Shown here piece by piece: positions 14,169-26,139 of a stretch of DNA of 64,000 nt. The position numbers and the translations under genes are program-made. The stretch comes from Lama glama (lineage: Eukaryota), in assembly GCA_028534125.1 (NCBI GenBank), contig CM052817.1, forward strand, positions 17,672,001 through 17,736,000. The letters run 5' to 3'. The notes under the pieces are model-generated. The model was given only the letters and a program-made list of their open reading frames with translations, did no database searches and was not told the origin of the DNA. Every line of letters begins with the position of its first letter. Positions within the stretch are counted from its first letter, which is position 1.

Positions 14169-15008
14169 GCAGTATCTACCCCACAGGTTGTGAGGAAGAG
14201 TAAATAAAATAGCCCATGTTAAACCCCATACATAATAAACACTGAATAAATGGAAGTGTTATTACAGAATGTCTACAGTAAATGCCAACCTACATTAGGG
14301 CTGGGGCTGACTCCAAACTCTACCCTGAGTTTAATTTTATTAGATTTTCAACAAGAAGCTACCTTGTGAAATGCTTGATCCCACATGAGAACCCAGCAGG
14401 AAGAACCCAGAAAGCCACAGAGCTCAGGCAAAACAGCAACAACAACAAACACGAGTTCAATGAACAGATGAATTAGCAAATGACATATGGGGGCCAGGCT
14501 CTGAGGACCAGGGCAGCCACTTGCCCTTGGCAGGCTCAACAGCTCACCCAGGCTGGGAAGCGCCTGGCGTACCTTGTCACTCCCTCCTAAACAGCAACAG
14601 CAACAACCAGTCCACCTCTAGCTAGTCTTATCTTGCAGGTGCTGTCCCTTAAATAGTGTAGTGTTGTGCTTTCCAAACGTATTCAGGGAAGCATTACTGC
14701 AAAAAAGCATTACTAAGTGGATCTCCAGAGCAGCTACATGGTCCAACACATCTGAAAAGGCTGCCCATGAGATCTCTTTTTGGAGACTTACAGCACACAT
14801 TTTGTGCCACGTTCAAGACTCTAGGAAGCCCGATGGTTAAACAAATAAAAAATTAGAAGGAAAAAAAGAAAACTTGTTTAGTTAGATTTGACTCGGCATT
14901 TTGCAAACTCATTAGAACACAACACACGCGCTGTTTTCTTCCCCCACTGCAGGTGTAAGCCTCCTGCTTGGAAGCATTGCCAACTTCCTCAAGTCATGAT
15001 GATGGATG

Positions 15009-15520
15009 TGACATAGGAACATGGGGTGGGAGAGGAGGGCTGTGTCCCAGGTCTCAGGTGAGTCCCTGGGACGTGCACCACCAAGTGAGGGTCCTTGGTT
15101 TCGGGCAGGAAAGAATTCAAGGGTGAGCCGCAGTAGAGGATTATTAGCGGGTAGATTTATTCAGAGAGATACATACTCCATAGACGGAGGGCAGGCCACC
15201 TCGGAAGGCCAGAGACAGCGACCAGGATGTGCAGGGTTGTTAGCTTTTATCGGCTCAGTATCTTCATACGCTAACAAGTGGGAGGAATATTCCAACTACT
15301 TTGGGGAAGGGTCAGGGATTCCCAGGAATTGGGCCACCGCCCACTTTTTTACCTTTTATAGTTAGCCTTAAAGCTGTCATGGCACCTGGGGGAGTGCCGT
15401 TTCCCATGACAACGTATTTCAATGAGCGTATAATGAAGCTCTAGTTCTATGAGAGTCGGATCTTCACTTCCTGTGTCATTCCTTTAATGGCTATGCCCTG
15501 CCCCCTTGCTTCCTGTCCCA
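15009..15520 (-). mobile_element. MER41-like ERV1 solo LTR (copy 1), 512 bp
   Basis: TG...CA termini and 4-bp TSD GATG (15005-15008 / 15521-15524); gggtccttgg..gcaggaaagaattcaagggtgag..gatttatt..tactccatagac resembles MER41 consensus; AATAAA and ATAAAA read on minus strand. Confidence 0.88.
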
Positions 15521-15659
15521 GATGAGCCGCTAAAACTTTGTGGCCCTTACTTGCCCCATCAGTATAATGTGGATAATACTCACTTCATTAGGCTACTGAG
15601 AAAATTAAATAATAAAGGTACTTCACTTGGTATTTGAGTCCCAGTAAGAGCTTGACCCT

Positions 15660-15860
15660 TAAGGTTCCAATTCCAGCTCCACCATGAAAGAGCTGTTTGA
15701 CCTTGATTGACCAAGTTCCTTTTACTTCTCCATCAGCTTTCCGGTCTGTACAACAAGGAGAATAATTGCCCCTATCTCATAGCTTTAACATGGGGATGCA
15801 GTAAAAGGAAGCCAGAGACATGCTGAGCGCTGGCTTGGCACTCCACGAGAGCTCGCTAGT
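15660..15860 (+). mobile_element. MIR SINE
   Basis: ggttccaattccagctccacc..gctgtttgaccttg..aataattgcccctatctcatag. Confidence 0.6.
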
Positions 15861-17351
15861 TGTCCAGGTATCATCATGACTGTTGTGGCCAGAGGTCACA
15901 GAGCTGGCAAGGGACAAATTCAGTTAATCAACCCTAGCCCGGCTGCCTCAGGGTGCATGTGCTTCCCCCTCTGCTGTGACATACAATCAACAGAAATGAG
16001 ACATGGTCAATTTCGGAGTGGCTCTGGGAGAGGAGTGTGTCGGCAGTTAGAGACAAGTGGGTGGCAACGATTCCGGAGAGCTTCCCAGAAGCAGTGGGGT
16101 TGCAGGAAGATATTTAAAGACAAGGAGGCAGGTGGCTGGGCAGATGGGGGTGGCAGGGTTTTACATACTCAGGACAGCCGGAACAACGGCTTGCAGGAGT
16201 GAGTGGCGGCGGCTGCAAGACGCCAGCTTTGTTGGAACAAAGCAGCAGGTGAGGGCCAGAGAGTCCACACTCCAGGCACCCAGGGAGGGCTGAGGCAGAA
16301 TAAAACCCTTGGCAGGGAGATGGCGGCCCCATTTGCCTTTTTCAATCAATCAGCCCACAATTGAGCGACCAGCCTTGAAGCAAAGCCCCTCTCCCCTCCC
16401 TCCCCACACTCTGTGCCCCAAGCAACGGCTGTGCAGATAACACTTCAGTTTCTGAGGACTTCTCCTCCCTCCTGAAGCCACGATCAGCCGTACAGAAATT
16501 TATTTTTATTATGGAGCTCCTATTTCTGCTTTTGCCATCACCGCAGATCAGTTTGGGTTTTGTCTCCCAGCCAAGGGCTTTTCATATTTTCCAGATCACT
16601 CAAAAGTCTGTATGGGCTGCCTGGAGCAGGTTTAAGGAACAATCTGAGATTTCTTTCTGAATAAGCAGTTATTTGTACTTTGTTTTGCTTTTCTTGGTTA
16701 CTGAAGAGAAACAGTGACACAAAGTAAGCACTGCTAACACCACGTTGAGCAGCACAAATGTCAATGGTAGTGACTTTACAGATAAATAGTCACATTGTCG
16801 GGCGCACAAGAGTCTCATTGAGGAAATCTGTGCAGTGACTGCTAACAGGGTTAACACTTTGGGCACAATGTAATCAAGGAAAGAACTGTAAACCTTGCAC
16901 AGAGTGACTTGGGAAGGTACTAAAAGGAAATACCAACCCAGGATCCTGGGATACATACACTTCCAGAACAGTCACAGTGCCTGGAGGAGAGAGAGAGAGG
17001 CACAGAGAGACACAGAGAAAGAACCTGACAGAGTGGAACTCTATGTTTATGGGGAAGTGGAGAGCGTTCCTTAATTATTTCAGTGATTATGGTAAATCCA
17101 GTTACACTCTCTTTTATTCTCTGTTTTATTCATGGTTCTACTCAAAGCCAAGAGATTTTTTAAAAAATGAGATGTAAAATGCGTTTTACCACTTTGCAAT
17201 ATTTTTCTTGTAAAGGATGTTATTGTAAAGAGAATAAAACCCTTTTAGCAGAAATTTAAATAACTGAATACTTAGAACTCCCACCACCCCCTTCCCAGAG
17301 CTTTGGCAGATGACAATGTGGGCAAAATTTGTGTGTCCTGCCTCCCTGTTT

Positions 17352-17909
17352 ACGGTTGCCAAATTTAGCAAATAAAAATACAGGATGTCTAATTAAATTT
17401 GAATTTCAGATAAACTATGAACAATTTTTTAGTGTAAGTATATTCCGACCATTGCTCGGGACCTACTAAAAAATTATTTGTTGTTTATCTGACATTCAAG
17501 TTTAACTGGGGAATATGATATCAAGCATGTGTGGAATCTAAAAAAAAAGAGAAAGAGGACACTAATGAACTCATCTACAAAACAGAAACAGACTTGCAGG
17601 CTTAGTAAACAATCTTATGGGTACTGGGGAAAAGGGAGTGGGAAGGGATAAATTTGGGTAGTTGAGATTTGCAAATGTTAGCCACTAACATAAAAATAGA
17701 TAAAAAACAAATGTCTTCTGTACAGCACAAGGAACTGTATTCAATATCTTGTAATACCCTTTAATGAAAAAGAATATGAAAACAAATATATGTATATACA
17801 TGCATGACTGGGACATTGTGCTGTACACCAGAAATTGAGACACTGTAACTGACTATACTTCAATTAAAAAAAAAATTAACTGGAGATTCTGTATTTCATT
17901 TGACAACAC
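17352..17909. mobile_element. MER53 palindromic DNA-transposon MITE, split by an L1 insertion
   Basis: ggttgccaaatttagcaaataaaaatacaggatgtctaattaaatttgaatttcagataaac ... ttaactggagattctgtatttcatttgacaac. Confidence 0.9.
17513..17875 (+). mobile_element. 5'-truncated L1 3' UTR inserted in MER53
   Basis: gtggaatctaaaaaa..aatgaactcatctacaaaacagaaacagac..ctgtaactgactatacttcaat plus poly(A); TSD ttaactgg(g/a)ga at 17502-17512 and 17876-17886. Confidence 0.92.
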
Positions 17910-17919
17910 CATTCTAACT

Positions 17920-18390
17920 GACTATAAATGTGTAGTTTATTTCTGGACTCTCAATTCTATTCTCTTGATCTCTAAATCTTCACACCTATACTACACAGTC
18001 TCGTGATTATTGTAGCTTTGTGATAAGTTTTGAAATGGGCGAGCTGAGTCTTCCAAATTTGTTGTTCTTTTTAAAGATTATTTTGGCTATTCTGGGTCTC
18101 TTCCATTTCCACATGGACTTTAGGACCAGCTTGTCAATTTCTGCAGTGAAGTCAGTTGTCATTTTCATAGTAATTGCACTGAGTCTGGGGGTCGGCTTGA
18201 GGAGTACTGCCACCTGAACTGTATTAAGTTTTCCAGTTCATGAATATAGGATGTCTTTCCATTAATTTAGATCTTCTTTCTTAATTTACGTCAATGAAGC
18301 TTTGTAGTTTCCAGTGTACGAGTCTAGTACTTCTTTCGTTAAGCTTATTCCTAAGTATCTTATTCTTTTCAATGCTGTTGTAAATAGGAA
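17920..18390 (-). mobile_element. Old L1 ORF2 fragment
   Basis: ORF 18007-18213 (FTAEIDKLVLKSMWKWKRPRIAKIIFKKNNK) aligns by eye to L1 ORF2 [31 protein letters not shown]. Confidence 0.9.
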
Positions 18391-18648
18391 CAACGGATTT
18401 TGATATACTGATTGCTGTAATACCTGAGTGTGAGTTTGAAAATCCACTGTTTTAGTGAGATAAAATTGACATACTGATTGCCTGCTACAAGGACATTAAC
18501 TTTTCTGGGAATTTCATTAGCTTGGCTCTTTGGGAAAATACTGCTGTCACTAGCTAAGGGATCATAAACACATAATCAGATTATCAGTTCAGATAAACCC
18601 CTGGAAGTAGGAAGAGGCAAGAACTCCACAGGCAAATGTGCTGTACTT

Positions 18649-18813
18649 TTTTTTTGTTTGCACTCTTTTTCTTTTTTCTGCCAATTTTTTTTTGAGGGGG
18701 AGGTAATTAGGTTTATGTATTTATTTATTTTTAAAGGAGGTACTGGATATTGAACCCAGGACCTTATGTATGCTGAGCATGGGCTCTACCACTTGAGCTA
18801 TACCTTCCCTCCC
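18649..18813 (-). mobile_element. Camelid tRNA-derived SINE (Vic-1 type, long form)
   Basis: A/B-box head (tatagctcaagtggtagag..gggttcaat) on minus strand; TSD gtgctgtactt at 18638-18648 and 18819-18829. Confidence 0.92.
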
Positions 18814-19561
18814 TAGAGGTGCTGTACTTCAGTACTGTAACCGCCAGTTTCTCTTACTGGACTTCGACCTCCCTGAGAGCTGAAACAGGTCTTCTGCACA
18901 GTTCTGCCTCTAAAGCCCAGTCTGGTGCCTGCTGGAAGTGTTTTGCCTGACTCATCGACTAAATGGAGTGGGTTAAAAATGACACTGCTCAGGGGACAGA
19001 GCTCAGTGGGATCTTATCTCACTAAGGGGCCTCGCAGCCCACTGTGGTCAGAAGTGGCTCATTCACAAGCACCCTGTTCATAAAAACAAAGGTCTATTGG
19101 GCTGTAAAAGTATTATCTGTTATCTATAGGATGTGCTGTAATATTTTTATTGCAGTCACTTTAACTTTTTTAAATATGTGGTACAGCAAACTGTCCTTTA
19201 TGATTCTTGTTCAAGATTCTCTTGACAATTTTTGAGTTTCTCTTTTTTAATATTCTTTTCATTACTGGGTCCTTAGTGGGATTTTGACTGGATTCAATAA
19301 CATTTTTATATTAACTTGAGAAGGATTTTATTATCATGATTTTTTTCTAATCCAAGATTTTGGTACGTCTCTCCATTTATTCAAGGCATGCTTTATTTCC
19401 TTCAATAAAATTTTACTGCTTTCTTCCTATAGGCTCTAGACTTCCCTTGTTAAATTTGTTCATGACACTATTTTTAAAGAATTTATTTTGTAATTTCTGT
19501 GTATAACTCATTATTTCTAATATACAGAGAAGTTATTGTTTTTAAAAAAAATATTTGTCTT

Positions 19562-20252
19562 AGCAGCCACTATGGAAAACAGTATGAAGTTTCCTTAAAA
19601 AAACTTAAAGTAGAGCTACTATCTGATCCAGCAATCCCACTCCTGAGTATATACCTGGAAACTACAAAAACTCTAATTCAAAAAGGTACATGCATCCCAA
19701 TGTTCATAGCAGCACTATTTATAATAGCCAAGACGTGGAAACAACCTGGAAACAACTGGAAACAACCCAGGTGCCCATCAATAGATGATTGGTTTAAGAA
19801 GATGTGGTGTATATATATGTGTACAATTTTTATTCAGTCATGAAAAAAATTGCCATTTGCAGCAACATGGATGGATTTAGAGAATATTATGCTTGGTGAA
19901 GTAAGTCAGACAAAGACAAACTCTATGATATCACTTACGTGTGGAATCTAAAAAAAATAATACAAATGAATCTATATTCAAAACAGAAACAGACTCACAC
20001 ACATAGAAAATAAACTTATGGTTACCAAAGGGGAGGGGAGAGAGAAACAAATTAGGAATATGAGATTAGTTTATCAAAACTACTATACATAAAATAGATA
20101 AGCAACAAGGATTTACTGTACAACATAGGGAATTATATTCAATATCTTATAATAACTTATAATGGAATATAATCTAAAAAAATAACTGAATCACTATGCT
20201 GTACACCTGAAACTAACACAATATTGTAAATCAACTATATTTCAACTAAAAA
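19562..20252 (+). mobile_element. L1 3' end (ORF2 C-terminus plus artiodactyl-type 3' UTR)
   Basis: ORF 19499-19843 contains DPAIPLLSIY..CIPMFIAALFIIAKTWKQP (L1 ORF2); ends aaactaacacaatattgtaaatcaactatatttcaactaaaaaa. Confidence 0.93.
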
Positions 20253-20372
20253 ATTATCTTATACTCAGTTATTCTACCAATTATCTTATTGATTTTAATA
20301 TTTTTAATTGAGTCATTTAGGATTTCGAGACATAAAAGCATATTATATACAAACAAAAATAACTTTGCCTTT

Positions 20373-20442
20373 GACACAACATTGTAAAATGACTATAACT
20401 CAATAAAAAAAGTTAAAAAAATAGATACTTCAAAAAATAAAT
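20373..20442 (+). mobile_element. Extremely 5'-truncated young L1 tail (70 bp)
   Basis: gacacaacattgtaaaatgactataactcaataaaaaa between perfect 16-bp TSDs aaataactttgccttt (20357-20372 / 20443-20458). Confidence 0.88.
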
Positions 20443-21324
20443 AAATAACTTTGCCTTTTCTTTTTCAATATTTGAAATTTTCATTTGTTTTTCCTATCTT
20501 ATTACATAGTTGAACCTCCCAAATAAAGCTAAATAATAGTGGTGGTATTTATCTATTACTGAAGTCAAGAGTATTTGCTTTCAAAATTTTTCTAGCCAAT
20601 ACAAACTTTAATACAAAACAGGAAGGTAAACTATATCATTTTGGGGATTTAACAACAATTATATCTATAATATAGACATTAACATAATAACATATATACA
20701 TATATGTAAGGATATATAATAGTGAATAATTCCCTGAGAGCACACTAAGCTTGAATCTCCGTGGGATAGAAATAGAGACTTGGAGGAATTTTTCATTCCT
20801 TAAATTCTTAAAAGAAGTGATGGGAGAGAGAAGCCAGGAAGAATCTGATGTATCCAAGATGGCAGATTAACAGTTCAAAGATTAGGAACAGCTGGGGAGA
20901 ACAAGAGACCAGAGATCAGAAAGCAGGATTTTCTTGGGCAAAAGCCAAAAACACCAGCTGGGAGGTGACCACTATGTCAAAACAGTTTCATGCAGAAGCC
21001 AAAGAGGGAATACAAAACTCTGATTGGAAAGAATCTTGAAGATTAATAGAAAGTCTTGACAAGCAGCTTCTAGAACAGAGATTTTCAAGCTCACAAAACA
21101 TAACTTCCTATTGATATCATCTTCCTAGTGGTGTAGTGGCATTCCTTGCCTAGCATAGTGCCCTGTATACAGTTGGTTATCAAAAAAAAAATTTGGTTGT
21201 TGTGGAATTAATAGACAAGGAGAGAGAGAAACAATAACACCTAAAAAACCAAAAAGAAAAAAATGGCATTATTTAATACCAAAAGAGATGACTTTTGGAA
21301 GGGTCTTTTTTTTTTTTAAAGAAA

Positions 21325-22055
21325 GCATGTTATTAAACTATAGCATGGATAAATAAAGGTGTACAAATCATATAGCACAATAAATTATTACTTCCAGCTA
21401 CCTACCACTGAAAACAAGAAACAGAACATCACAGTTCCCCAGAAGTTCCCCTTGAGTCCCCTCCTAGCCACTACCCCCTCCAAAGGTAATCACAAAACAA
21501 CATAGACTTATTTTAGCTGCTTTGTAACTTTGTATAAATGAAATCACACAGTATGTACCTTTTGTATCCGGCTTCTTTTGTTCAGCATTGTGTTTTTGAG
21601 ATTCCTCCATGGAGTTGCAAGTAGCAAAATTTCTTTGTTTTCACTGCTGTATAATAATCCATTGCATGAATATATCACAATTTATTTATCCATTCTATTG
21701 TTTATGGGCATTTAGGATGTTTCCAGATTGGAAATATTAAGAATAGTGCTGCCATGAACATTTGATAAGGCATATGTCTTTGGATGAACATGTATAAGTT
21801 TCTGTAGGCTGTAAGTCAAGGAGTGGAACTGCTGGTCACAAATATTTATATTTTCAGCTTTAATAGATATTATTAAACAGTTTTCAAAGTGGTTATACCA
21901 ATTTATGTTCCTACTAACAATATATAGGTGTTCCAGTTGCTCTATACCCTCCCCAACCCTGCATTGTTTCTTACATTTTAAACATTCTGGTGGATATGTA
22001 ATGGTATTGCATTGGAGTTCCAATTTGCATTTTCCTGACGACTTATAAGGTTTAG
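21325..22055 (-). mobile_element. Old L1 (L1MD/ME-type) 3' end
   Basis: tgtataaatgaaatcacacagtatgtacc..tttatccattctattg..ttttcaaagtggttatacc; ORF 21712-22023 is degenerate ORF2. Confidence 0.88.
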
Positions 22056-23084
22056 TGACAATTTGGGGGGTTACAAATTAAATCATGTCCACAGTAAAAT
22101 ACCTAACAATTCAGAAGTATAAAAAATAAAGCCAGTGGATTTGTTCCCAGGTTTTGGCACTGAAAATAAAAATAAAATGTAAAGCTGGTGGTATCAGTTT
22201 CCTAGCCTCAGAAACTGAGACTGTATATTATAAACACAAGTTTTCTCAAAGTGGAGTTTGTGGAACCCTATGGTTCCACAGACACACTTTTTCTAAGTCT
22301 GTACATTTTCTTTACGAAATGAAATTTTGTACTTACATTTTGGAGATCATCTAAAATATAGCTTAGGCATTCTTTGGGTCATCTGGATGACCAGCTTCTA
22401 ACCAAGTATTGCCAACCAGCTTTGGTACTTTTATTCCCTATTATATTTATGATTGCCATGATGCCAAGTCAAGGAGTAACACACAAAAATAGACACAAAG
22501 CTAGTAAGTTCGCTCCAATTGCAGGCCCAGTAACACGTACTGTAGGAATGAAGGTTTTTAAGTGGTTTGAATAGAGAAAAGTTGTGGAAGAACAGGATCA
22601 TCACAGTAGGGAGAAACCGAATGAAAAGAATCTAACGGAGTAGTCAATTCCGTTCTCACAGTTAGGGTAGCCAGCTGCAGTGATGTGGACCACAGAATTT
22701 CTATAGTTTTGAATAGTTGCCTTTTAGTATAATTTTAGAATTTGTCTTGGGTTCTATCATTGCATGTGTAAAAACTACAAGTATAAGGAGTTTGTAACTA
22801 GTTTTCTGTTCATACATTTTAAAGCCACGTTCTCTGGACTAATTTAAATCAATAATACAATTTTATTATCTATCAAAGGATTGCTCAAGTCTCAGAAACA
22901 CTAACCTAGCAGGTAACTCGATGCAGAATTTCCAGACCAGGGCCTTCAACATGGGAAAATATCAGCACAAACAACCATACAGGCCTTTGGCTGGAGAACA
23001 TCAGCTTTTGAACTTGAATGTAAATTTGAATATCCATGTTTCTCTAATGCAATCTCTATCAGAAAGACTGGGCCTAGGGACTAG

Positions 23085-23250
23085 GCTGGTTTTGCTTCCT
23101 AACCTGTTTCTACCACATTTGAGCCTCAGCTGCCTCTTCTTTAAACTAGAGATTAATAATAATACGAAACTTGCATGTTTGCTATCAGGATTATATTTAA
23201 CATATTTAAAGCATCTGGGGAATATTACCGGTGTTCAATGGTAGCCACTG
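23085..23250 (+). mobile_element. MIR fragment (donor of a local duplication)
   Basis: gagcctcagctgcctcttctttaaactagagattaataataatac..caggattatatt..tatttaaagcatctgg..gtgttcaatggtagc. Confidence 0.65.
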
Positions 23251-24316
23251 ATATTACAGGGACATTTGACCTGTAAGTTTTGGGGATGTTCCATGAGCTT
23301 TATGTCATGTTTAAGTTCTTTCCATACTTGGGAAAATATTTTAAACTGAGTAACCCAGTATTATACATATAATCATAAAAGCTCTTAGATTGAAATCCAA
23401 TTAATTGAATTTTTATCAACTTCTGTTTAGTTAGATAGTTTAGTATTTCAACCCTCCATGTTGGAAATATTTCTGAAGTCTGCCAATTCACTTTTTATCC
23501 AGTAAAATTCTGTAGATTTGCCTCAGCATCCCCAGTCAGACTAAAATCACTGAAATGTGAATGTCTACGTGGGTATAAGTAATAAGGTGTCCATGAAATT
23601 GAACTAAATCTATCAGATCATAAACCAGAAGTTTATTTTTATATGTATGAAAATCTTGATACCTGCTTGCTTCCTTGTGATGGATTTTTTTTCTATAATT
23701 GGAATATAATGAAGGAGAGATTCTTATCCCTCTGAGTTTAGAAATAGTAACAATATTTTAAACAATTATATGGTCTAAAGCAAGACTGGTGCAAAATGAT
23801 GATGTTTAAAGCTTTTGGAATTTTGCTTTACTTATAAATTTCATCTTTTCCCATATTAGTAAAAAGAACATTCAGAATAAGTTTGGGAAACATGCCTAAT
23901 TGTGTCTTCTCTGAGCGTCAGAATCTGTCCTATTCTCCCCATTTCAAATGCAGCCATCTTGGTTCACATCATCCTGCACCAGATGCACAGCATCCTGGCT
24001 GGTTTCCTAGCTCCCACCCTAGCCTCTTCCAATCCACTCTCCATACAAAATGTGAGATTGACCTTTCTTAACTGTAAATCAAATCATGTCACCACCTGCT
24101 TAAGACTCTCCAATGGTTTCCACTGCATGAGGAATAAAATCCAGTCCTTGGCTGTGATGCATACAGCCCTACCTGATCTGTCCCATGCTTCCGTCTCTCA
24201 CCTCTACTCACACCACTGTTTCCCTTGCTCACTGTGCTGCAGCTCCATGGGCTTTCTGTCTCCAGATATTCCAAATGCATTCCCATGTTAGGGTCTTAGC
24301 ACTTTCTGTCTTGGCA

Positions 24317-24417
24317 CTACCACATTTGAACCTCAGCTCTTCTTTGAACTAGAGACTGATAATAATCTGAAACTTGCATGTTTGATATAAGGATTATATT
24401 TAACATTTTTAAAGCAT
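24317..24417 (+). repeat. Dispersed copy of 23110-23214
   Basis: Hand alignment gives 9 mismatches in 101 aligned bases plus one 4-bp gap. Confidence 0.93.
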
Positions 24418-24418
24418 T

Positions 24419-24522
24419 GAGACAGAAGAAGGAGGAGGAGGAGGAGGAGAGGAAAGGAAAGGGAAGGAGGGGGAGGGGAGAGGAGAAGGGGAAGAAGAAG
24501 GAGACGAGAGAAGAAAGGGAAG
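24419..24522 (+). repeat. GA-rich low-complexity tract
   Basis: (GGA)n/GAA/GGGGA run, almost entirely purine. Confidence 0.9.
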
Positions 24523-25829
24523 TTCTTTGCCTAGTCCTCTGCCTAAAACGCTCTGTTCCACAATCTGCACGGTTCCTTCCTTCTCTAACTCCTCAGAGAC
24601 GTCTTCCCTCCCCATACACACCATCACCCTGTGTCCAACACTCTATTTTATTTTCTCTTAAGTATTCAACACTCTGGTTTCATCTGTACCATTTGTCGGG
24701 TAGCTGGCTTATGCTACAGCATCTCTCTCCCTAGAATGTAAGCTGCAGGAGTGTCCTGTCATTCAGTGCCTAATATGATGCCTATACATGGACGTCTCTC
24801 AATAACGTTGCTTGAATGAATGAATGAATGAATGAATGAAAGAATGAAATGAACAAATACCCAACTTCAGAAGTCACCTCAGTTCTAGTCCTGGCTTCTG
24901 AGTAATGGAATAACCTCTGGCAAACACTGAAACTCTTTGAACCTCGGCTTTCCCTAGAAATAATCAGGATGCTGGTCTAGATGCCATTAAGGGCACTTCC
25001 TATTCTATATGTTCATGGTTCATATTCAAATATTATTTCCAATTTCCCTTCCTTTCCTCCTCTTCTTCTCCTCCTCCTTCTTTTCTCTCTCTCTCCCTCC
25101 CTCTGCTCCTCCCTCTGTCAGCAGCAGCACTCCCTTGGACTCACCAGCAGTTCTAAACCAGCTGGAGACACTTTATGCCTAAACACAAACCTTTTGAGGA
25201 TGCACGGTCCCCAGACAGTGAATTGTCCTCACAACTATTGTAGTGTTTCTTTTCCCCTGCCCAGCCAACCCCACCAAAACCACACCCTCCACTGCCAAGC
25301 CACAGCCCCACCCTGCCTTTGGAAATAAAAATGGAATAGAAGGATCCCTGGCTTCTGAAAAAAAAATATGCTGCACAAATTTTAACTAGTATGATGTTTC
25401 TAGAGAAATCAGGGTGCAACTCAGGATTGATAATAACTTTAAAATTTCTTTCTTATATAATAAACTCCATGAAGCTAATAGGATACAGTGATATCAGATT
25501 TTAGATAATGCCAGACAAACGTCCAAATTACTTTTTCTAGACCACACCTAATTACAGTGACTCTCCTTGTGTATGTTTAACGTGTAACCACTTAGTTTAC
25601 AATATGCTAGAAATAGACATTAAAAACAACACAGTGATGACTAGACAGCAATGTTACACATTAGAACTTACATTATTCCTATTCCAGATCTTGTAAAAAA
25701 TGATCTTAAGAAATGAAAAAGGGAATTTCTTTCATGTCTAGAAGAATTGAAGTCAATATCAGATTTTAATTTGCCTGTAAGCGCATAGCTGCAAGCCAAG
25801 CTTTTAAAATTTAAAACCATATGAAGGCT

Positions 25830-26010
25830 GAGAATCACAGCATTTCTGAACTGAAAGAACATTGTGACTTTCATTTAACACACGGGGAAATTGAAACTCA
25901 GGGAGATCAAATGACTAGGCCAAGGTCATAGACCCCACTAGTGCTGGAGCTGGAACAAAACCTCTGGTCTCCTGTCAATGGTTCCATGCTTTTCTCATCA
26001 CACCCGGCTG
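25830..26010 (-). mobile_element. MIR SINE
   Basis: ggggaaattgaaactcagggagatcaaatgactaggccaaggtcatagac..gctggaacaaaacc. Confidence 0.75.
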
Positions 26011-26139
26011 CCTTTATGAGACACTGGTTATTTGCAACTTTCAATCATATGTACCAGCACATCACAGAACATGGTAGGTTAGAATATAAAACCATGAACT
26101 GAGAAACCACTTGAAGAATTATATTATTAATTTATGTAT

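Larger units (their letters stand above)
19180..20560 (-). mobile_element. Old L1 ORF2 fragment interrupted by two younger L1 insertions
   Basis: gggattttgactggatt..ctccatttattcaag..ttccttcaataaaatttta..cttgttaaatttgttc; resumes at about 20255 (gagtcatttaggattt..aataatagtggtg). Confidence 0.7.
23890..24850 (+). mobile_element. L2 3' region with (GAAT)n tail, interrupted at about 24311-24535
   Basis: caatccactctccatac..aatcatgtcaccacctgcttaagactctccaatggtt..ctagaatgtaagctgc..tgaatgaatgaatg. Confidence 0.88.

Noticed and set aside
17420..17480. miR-1302-like hairpin in the first MER53
   Set aside because: The centre is mutated and partly deleted, with no intact UGGGACA seed on either strand
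18007..22023. ORFs with protein-like composition (18007, 19499, 21712)
   Set aside because: Decayed L1 ORF2 fragments, not host genes
24378..24734. 118-aa charged ORF
   Set aside because: Built from the duplicated MIR piece, the GA tract and L2 sequence
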